From positions 248,001-312,000 of IMG/VR virus record IMGVR_UViG_3300036853_000446: a stretch of 64,000 nt of DNA. One strand, given 5' to 3'. The notes beneath the pieces were generated by a model. It saw nothing but the letters and a program-made list of their open reading frames with translations, ran no database searches and had not been told where the DNA came from. The position numbers and the translations under genes are program-made. This document shows positions 58,395 to 64,000 of the stretch, one piece after another (within the stretch, counting starts at the first letter, position 1; the number at the start of each line of letters is the position of its first letter).

Positions 58395-58446
58395 TAGGGT
58401 TCTGGCGGGCCGCTCTAAGTCTGGCTGCCGATCTGACGAATCGATG
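58395..58446. repeat. imperfect 52-bp direct repeat copy 2
   Basis: Matches 55976-56027. Confidence 0.8.
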
Positions 58447-58494
58447 ACTCCAGAAGTCGGCCGCCTGTCGAGCAGGTCGGGCAAGACCGCCTAG

Positions 58495-58534
58495 AGGGGT
58501 TGGAATGATGTTGAAGGGGTTGGAATGATGTTGA
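58495..58534. repeat. perfect 2x20-bp tandem repeat
   Basis: AGGGGTTGGAATGATGTTGA twice. Confidence 0.9.
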
Positions 58535-58665
58535 GCAAGGCTGCGACTCGGGAGGCTCGGAGCATCTTTTAGAGATGGGCCTTTTCGGAACGTCCGATGG
58601 CCCTTGGCGGTAGTGGCAAATGGATTGTAGCTTCAACAGGCGGCCAAATCGGCCACGCGCGAGGC

Positions 58666-58672
58666 CGGTGTA
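58666..58672 (+). promoter_or_regulatory. class-2 motif CGGTGTA
   Basis: 9 nt before ATG 58682. Confidence 0.55.
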
Positions 58673-58681
58673 CTTGTATGG

Positions 58682-58846
58682 ATGGCAGCACGTCGGACCC
58701 GTTCACCATCACAAGCGCCATCAGAGCCGAATGCCGAGACGGTGCGCGTAACCTGTTACCAGGTCGACGTTTCGCGGGAACAGCAACAAGCCATTCATCA
58801 GCAGCTTCTCGAATTACTCGCTGAAATTTATCGGAACCTTAAATGA
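58682..58846 (+). CDS. 54-aa protein coupled to the recombinase
   Basis: MAARRTRS...QLLELLAEIYRNLK; ATGA overlap with 58843; not in ORF track. Confidence 0.55.
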   Translation: MAARRTRSPSQAPSEPNAETVRVTCYQVDVSREQQQAIHQQLLELLAEIYRNLK

Positions 58847-60420
58847 AGGCTGCAATCTACGCCCGTGTGTCGTCCGACCAGCAAAGGGAGCGCCACACCA
58901 TCGGCTCGCAGCTCACCGAGCTACCCAAGTACGCAAAAAGCCAAGGCTGGACGGTTGTCCGACTCTACCAAGACGACGGCAAGTCGGGAGAGAGTATCGA
59001 CGGGCGTCCAGAGTTTCAGGCACTTCTCGAGGACGCCGAGAAGAAACTCTTTGAAATTGTCCTCGTCATCGACCTCGACCGCATCACTCGCTCGAAACGT
59101 GATCAGGAGGGGGCTTTCATCTACGACACGTTTCGGTTGCATGGCATCAAGCTGGCGACTCCGAGCAACGGTCTCATCGATCTCGAGAATGAGGACCAGG
59201 ACCTTCAGATCGGTATCCTTCAGGCTTTCGCAAAGTTTGAGAAGCGGAAATTTCTCCGCCGAACGATGCGAGGTAAGTATCAGGCCGCTAAAGACGGGAA
59301 GCGGTATGGTTCGATCGATCCCTACGGGTATCGGTGGGTTATCGACCCGGTCTTGAAGGCGGGGGGCTCGTACCAGATCGTCGAGGACGAAGCTAAAGTC
59401 GTTCGTCGCATCTACAGCCTCGCTCTCGAAGGTCATGGCGTGGCAATGATCGCTTGGATGTTAGAGAATGAGGGTATTCGGACGCGACCACGCGCACCCC
59501 GTGGCACCGAAGGCAAGATCGCCGGTCCTTGGTGGCGCTCGTCTGTGCTGAAGGTTCTGCATTCCGTGACGTACACGGGATCGTTCAAAGTCCTCAAGGG
59601 GAAGGAGAGCGAACCCCTCTCGATCAAGGTCCCGCCTATTGTCACCCGGGCAACCTGGGACGCAGCCCAGAGGGCGCTCACACAGCGCAAGATGTCCTCG
59701 GGCGCTCCGGCACGACACGACCACCTCTTACGCGGATGCGCCTCGTGCGGCGTCTGCGGGTACAAGATGTGGATCGTTACCCCTAGGGCCGGCAAAAGCG
59801 CTGCCTACTACAGATGCTGCACGACCAACGGATGGCGCGGCATGGGCCTCAAGGGCCCATGTGGCAACAAGCACCACCGAGTGGACCGCACGGACCATGA
59901 GGTCCAGACGAAGGTGCTCGAGATTCTGCAAAATCCAAAGCTGCTAGCTCAAGCGTGTTCGTTGCAGGGTGAACCTACGGACGGGGTCGACTGGAAAGGT
60001 CAGCTCCGAGGTCTCGAGCAAAAGCTTGCGATACTGGATGAGGCCGCGTCCGACGCGATGGTCCGTCAGCGTCGGGGAATCATTCCTTCCGCGGTCGCCG
60101 AGAAGGAACTCCTGAACATTGCCCGCGAGCGAAAGCTCGTTGACCGAAACGTCAAACTAGCGCGTGTCAGATCCGGTAAAGCCTCAGCTGAACGCAGCCT
60201 GCGCCAAAATATCGAGGATCAAGCAAAGGCCCTAAGCAGCGGACTCGATCAAGCGGACTTTGAAACGCGACGGAAGATTATCACCCTGCTCCTTCCGAGA
60301 GAGCTGGGCTGCGGTGTCGTCCTGCACCGGGACGGTGGTATCGACATCAAATGGGTCCTGCCACTGCCCGGCGACATCGAGCACGTGGAACTACGCACCG
60401 CCCTCAAAAAAGTTGGGTGA
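58843..60420 (+). CDS. large serine recombinase (integrase)
   Basis: AAIYARVSS, DDGKSG, RPEFQALL, DLDRITR, PYGY recombinase domain, CGVC...YYRC...C Zn ribbon, coiled coil. Confidence 0.95.
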   Translation: MKAAIYARVSSDQQRERHTIGSQLTELPKYAKSQGWTVVRLYQDDGKSGESIDGRPEFQALLEDAEKKLFEIVLVIDLDRITRSKRDQEGAFIYDTFRLHGIKLATPSNGLIDLENEDQDLQIGILQAFAKFEKRKFLRRTMRGKYQAAKDGKRYGSIDPYGYRWVIDPVLKAGGSYQIVEDEAKVVRRIYSLALEGHGVAMIAWMLENEGIRTRPRAPRGTEGKIAGPWWRSSVLKVLHSVTYTGSFKVLKGKESEPLSIKVPPIVTRATWDAAQRALTQRKMSSGAPARHDHLLRGCASCGVCGYKMWIVTPRAGKSAAYYRCCTTNGWRGMGLKGPCGNKHHRVDRTDHEVQTKVLEILQNPKLLAQACSLQGEPTDGVDWKGQLRGLEQKLAILDEAASDAMVRQRRGIIPSAVAEKELLNIARERKLVDRNVKLARVRSGKASAERSLRQNIEDQAKALSSGLDQADFETRRKIITLLLPRELGCGVVLHRDGGIDIKWVLPLPGDIEHVELRTALKKVG

Positions 60421-60632
60421 CGCGCTCGTAACACCTGCAGCGCTCGCGAGCGCACAGGCTGAGGCGGAACTAGGCTGATCTCTCGGCATTTCGAGGTAAT
60501 AATGTGGCCATACCCTGCTCAAGTTGTGGCCACATTATTACCGGCGTAAACTGTTGATTCTTCGTGAATTTTTGAGTGACCTCTCATGCTTGCGGCGCCG
60601 TTCTCAGGCCGATTCGCGGGTATGCTGCACCG

Positions 60633-61070
60633 ATGGCCGAGACCACTGAACGGCCATCTTCTCCGGCGGCTCATGCTAGACTCGAGACGATGTCGACCGC
60701 CGAGCGCGTTGTCTCTCAATTTATCGAGGTTGATTTCGAAGTCGCTGCCATGAGCAACGTTCTCCCCGAGGACAGCGGCGTCGAGGATGCCGTCCTCTGG
60801 ATCAGCCCGGGTGAGTCCGATGGTAAAGACCTGGCGCACGGCCCCCGCCTCAAGGTCGTGCTGGGCACCAAGATAACGGCAGAGAGCCTCCGCGATTCCG
60901 TGAGCGTGACGATTGAGGCAACCCCACGGGTCATCGGGTCGCGGACGCTCCCGGGCAAGGTCAAGCGTCAGGTGGAAGCCTTCATTCACCTGAATCAGGA
61001 CGTCTTGCTCCGCCACTGGCGCGGTGAGCTTGGGTCGAAGCAGACGCTCAACCTGCTTCAGCCCATCTGA
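60633..61070 (+). CDS. DUF4160-like protein, paralog of 4860-5549
   Basis: GKDLAHGPRLKV...FIHLNQDVLLRHW. Confidence 0.7.
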   Translation: MAETTERPSSPAAHARLETMSTAERVVSQFIEVDFEVAAMSNVLPEDSGVEDAVLWISPGESDGKDLAHGPRLKVVLGTKITAESLRDSVSVTIEATPRVIGSRTLPGKVKRQVEAFIHLNQDVLLRHWRGELGSKQTLNLLQPI

Positions 61071-61127
61071 AGTCCCGGACATCTCTACACACGGGCGCGA
61101 ACGTCGGGGCCCTCCCCAATGAGGTCG

Positions 61128-61134
61128 CGGTGTA
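61128..61134 (+). promoter_or_regulatory. class-2 motif CGGTGTA
   Basis: 9 nt before ATG 61144. Confidence 0.55.
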
Positions 61135-61143
61135 TGAGCAGAG

Positions 61144-61953
61144 ATGCAGGTAGTATCGCGGGGAAAGTATGAAGGAGTACCTTGGGAGGAATTCTTCGAG
61201 GACTTCGACTTCGGCGTAGAAGAGCATGCAGAGGACTACCTCGATGTTCTATTGGCGCCGCTGCGCGAAAGTGGCAAGTACGTGCGGCGTGAGATGCCGC
61301 AGGCCGATGCGTTCTCCGAATGGTTCGGCCTCAATACTCCGGCTATGCTCGAGGCGAAGACGAGAGCCGGCATGGTCACCTCGATCTATCGGCAGATCGG
61401 CATTGGCTGTGAGCGCCTCATGCGGAGAGTTATCCAAGACAATCTTGGCGTTCCCGCGTCGAGCTGTTCATGGGCGCACGTCGTCGAGGGACAAAATCGC
61501 TCACTGGATGCCCGAATACCGCTCGAATCAATTACGGCGAGGCGCAACGAATTTGAAGGCTGGATCTGCGAGGCCTCGGCACATCTTGGATGCGGTCCGA
61601 TGAATGCCGGGGCAGTGTTTGAGGTACGACAAGGCCACAAGAGCGGTGATTCGAAGAGGCAGGTAGGGGATCGCCTCAATGCCGCAAAGGCACTATCGGA
61701 GGGCTACCTTCCCGTCATGTTAGTAGTCTCGACGCAAATTCCAGAGGCGACACGAAGACGATACATCAAGGATGGTTGGCTAGTGTTGACAGGCAGGTTT
61801 GGCGGTGGCGCACTCAGGAGCAGCTACGCCTTCTTCGCTGACGTCCTAGGTTTTGACCTTGCCGGCTTCCTGGAAGACCACCAAGTGCACTTGAAAGAGT
61901 TGGTCCAATCCACTCTCAGTCGGGGCATGACGCCGCACTCGATGCAACCGTAG
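61144..61953 (+). CDS. putative type II restriction endonuclease-like (PD-(D/E)XK) protein
   Basis: SIYRQIGIGCE...SLDARI...AVFEVRQGHKSGDSKRQ. Confidence 0.65.
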   Translation: MQVVSRGKYEGVPWEEFFEDFDFGVEEHAEDYLDVLLAPLRESGKYVRREMPQADAFSEWFGLNTPAMLEAKTRAGMVTSIYRQIGIGCERLMRRVIQDNLGVPASSCSWAHVVEGQNRSLDARIPLESITARRNEFEGWICEASAHLGCGPMNAGAVFEVRQGHKSGDSKRQVGDRLNAAKALSEGYLPVMLVVSTQIPEATRRRYIKDGWLVLTGRFGGGALRSSYAFFADVLGFDLAGFLEDHQVHLKELVQSTLSRGMTPHSMQP

Positions 61954-62025
61954 AAGCCCAAGCGCGCGAACATGCGGTGCCCTTCGGGTGAGAGAGGGCA
62001 AGCAGCAGTCCGACAAGCGTTCACG

Positions 62026-62574
62026 CTAAGGGCGCGTCGGAACATCGTGCTCGGGTAGCACGCGACAGAGCCGGTGGTCCCGCACGAGGAGCCGCCAGCG
62101 GGGCTTTCCAAACTTGGCGCCGCGTCCCTTGGCCCGCCACAACTCGTTGCCGTTGTCTTGCGTCCGCGAGAACGACGCCGTCCTCAGGACCTCCGACAGC
62201 TCTTGCCGGGCCTTTGCCAAGCCGGCTGGGTTGTCCTCGCCACACGAGAGCAAACAGAAATCGCGGACCACGCTGACCGACAGCTTGCCGGGCTCGCATT
62301 CGATGTAGCGCTCGGGAGCCGGTACTTGAGCGACGTTGGCCCTCAACGTTTCAGCCCGCGCGCGGTGTCTCTCGGTGGTTACGATCTCGACCTTCCACGT
62401 GTCGCGGGCGTCCGTACCGCTGCCCGTGAGCGTGAGGCGATCCGTGACGTAACCCCGCTCCGCACAGCGCGTCGCGATCGCTTCGAGACTCGCCGTCACC
62501 TCCGACCAGAAACGCCCGTCGGAGGTGACACGCTGTGCCGCGTCCGGCTCGGTGACGCGGAGAGTCGACTTCAC
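62026..62574 (-). CDS. hypothetical protein
   Basis: GTGA overlap with upstream gene. Confidence 0.55.
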   Translation of the reverse strand: MKSTLRVTEPDAAQRVTSDGRFWSEVTASLEAIATRCAERGYVTDRLTLTGSGTDARDTWKVEIVTTERHRARAETLRANVAQVPAPERYIECEPGKLSVSVVRDFCLLSCGEDNPAGLAKARQELSEVLRTASFSRTQDNGNELWRAKGRGAKFGKPRWRLLVRDHRLCRVLPEHDVPTRP

Positions 62575-63092
62575 GCCGCCGTCGAGGCGCTGAGAAACTG
62601 CGCCAGAAGCGCACGCAACACCGGTTCCGCCTCCTGCAGGTCCTCGAGTGTGGGGGTCATCCGCTCCCATTCGATCGTAATATCACGGTCGCGGTCGCCG
62701 GGGTGGGCGGCATATTGGCCGACGCGGCCGGTGCCCGATTCATCGGAGCTGTACCAGAAACCATTGCGTCCGAGGTAGCAGCCACCGTCGGTCGTCTGCC
62801 GGCGCCAGGTGTGATAGAAGCCCGTCTCCGTCGGCACGTCCTCGGTTTCTCGACCGCGGACACGGACGACCGAAGGTCCGCGGCCATGCCGCTCTTCGCT
62901 CGGTGGGTAACTGTTGTCGAAATGCCCCGCCTCATCCGTGATGCTCGTGCTGGTGCCCTTCCAGACGTCGGGCTGCCGACGCGCCAGGATCTTGCCCATT
63001 GCGTTACACAAGCGCAGCAGCCGGGTCTGTTCCTCAGCGTCGGTTTGCTCGATTTTGGCGGCCAGTTCTTCGAGCTGTTCAATCGTTATCAT
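62571..63092 (-). CDS. hypothetical protein
   Basis: RBS GGGAGAG; class-1 motif upstream. Confidence 0.65.
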   Translation of the reverse strand: MITIEQLEELAAKIEQTDAEEQTRLLRLCNAMGKILARRQPDVWKGTSTSITDEAGHFDNSYPPSEERHGRGPSVVRVRGRETEDVPTETGFYHTWRRQTTDGGCYLGRNGFWYSSDESGTGRVGQYAAHPGDRDRDITIEWERMTPTLEDLQEAEPVLRALLAQFLSASTAA

Positions 63093-63138
63093 GATCTCTC
63101 CCAAGGGTGAGCGCTTGTTGACGTGCGCTTGCCCTAGA

Positions 63139-63167
63139 GAGTACGGGCCAGGGTTCAGGTTTGATCC
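63139..63167 (-). promoter_or_regulatory. class-1 ECF-like promoter
   Basis: GGATCAAA-N-CCCGTACTC. Confidence 0.75.
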
Positions 63168-63636
63168 GTTGGGTCGTAACGCCCTCTTGTGGGACGTTCC
63201 CCGAATAACCTACGAGGCGTTCTTCGCCGTGCACTCGATACAGCCAAAGAACCCAGGATGGGTCTTCGGCGAGTTGAGCCAGCTTCGCGGAGTCAACGAA
63301 GCGATCGCAGTGAGCGCAGCGCCGGAGACGAGTCCGTCCTTTGGCCTCCGCGGGATGCGGAAAGCCCCGCCGGTCTCGAGTCTTGTGCCCGGGGCACTCG
63401 GGGCAGCAGGCGTCGGGTCCATGGTGCGGGCAGGTCACGGCAGCTTTTACACCGCCAGGGCGCGGGCACGAGCGGTGTCGTTCCGCTGAGATTTCGCAGG
63501 GGCGTTCGCAATTTCCGACACAGCAGGTGCAGCCTCACTTCAGCGCCTAAATTCATGACCTTTCGGGTCGACAAACTGACTGCCAAAAATGCTCGTCTCG
63601 GTATACAATTCCCTTTGAAATCGATGACGAAAAACC

Positions 63637-63786
63637 ATTTCAGAGGCTGCGTGGAGCCCGCCCAACCACGACTCATTCAATCGGCAGAACTTGGTTCAAA
63701 TATGAAGGGCTGCGTGGAGCCCACCCAACCACGACAAGATTCACGACACGCTGTGAGAGGCCGCGTGGAGCCCACCCAACCACGAC
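63637..63786 (+). CRISPR. CRISPR mini-array A5 (3 family-A repeats, short spacers)
   Basis: Repeats at 63637, 63700, ~63751; spacers 27 and 15-18 nt; AT-rich upstream with TACAAT at 63604-63609. Confidence 0.9.
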
Positions 63787-64000
63787 AAGCACCAGGATCA
63801 CTTTGTCCAGCTGAGCCGCCGGAGTAGTTCCCGGTGGCCCAGGCGACGGCCTCCCGGAGGCTTCGCGCGCTTCATTTCTTCGCGGCCTTCCTCTGGCGGT
63901 ATTTGACGACGTCGGCGGCGACCTTCTCCTGCTCGACGCCGAACATGTCGGCGACGAACCCGACGGTCACGTAGCTGTGGACCATCTCGGGATCCAAGGC

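Noticed and set aside
58495-58534. 20-bp repeat as CRISPR or iterons
   Set aside because: Only two adjacent copies with no spacer
1-64000. tRNA/rRNA genes, cas1/cas2, virion genes, and firm host assignment
   Set aside because: None were recognisable by eye; a myxobacterial-type host is only a guess from GC content and gene flavour and is not supported directly

Overview
A GC-rich 64 kb region packed with short, mostly hypothetical genes. It looks like the accessory or early region of a large phage, prophage or other mobile element; I recognised no virion, replicative polymerase, rRNA or tRNA genes. The main feature is a compact (~480 aa) TnpB/Cas12-like gene (42160-43602) with a broken RuvC triad (D->N, E->G, last D kept). 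An 18-repeat CRISPR array (repeat family B) starts 2 nt after its stop codon. Five further cas-less arrays of a sister 36-nt repeat (family A) lie at ~2.7, 11.8, 17.6, 46.0 and 63.6 kb; three of them share a conserved ~150-bp leader. Both repeat families fold into the same H-type pseudoknot, supported by compensatory changes visible in the sequence, and several spacers translate into motifs of kinase, PIN, AbrB and XRE genes. My inference is a nuclease-dead, RNA-guided gene-silencing system with guide arrays spread across the element; no cas1/cas2/cas4 is present in the window. Two recurrent promoter-like motifs precede many genes: ECF-like GGATCAAA-N-CCCGTAYTC (19 copies found) and CGGTGTA 9-11 nt before start codons (11 copies found). 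Other recognisable products include a large serine recombinase, SF2 helicase, ParB, a GHKL ATPase-HExxH fusion, Uma2 and restriction-like nucleases, HicA-like, MqsA-like, MNT, GNAT and XRE proteins. All calls come from reading motifs by eye; no database search was run.
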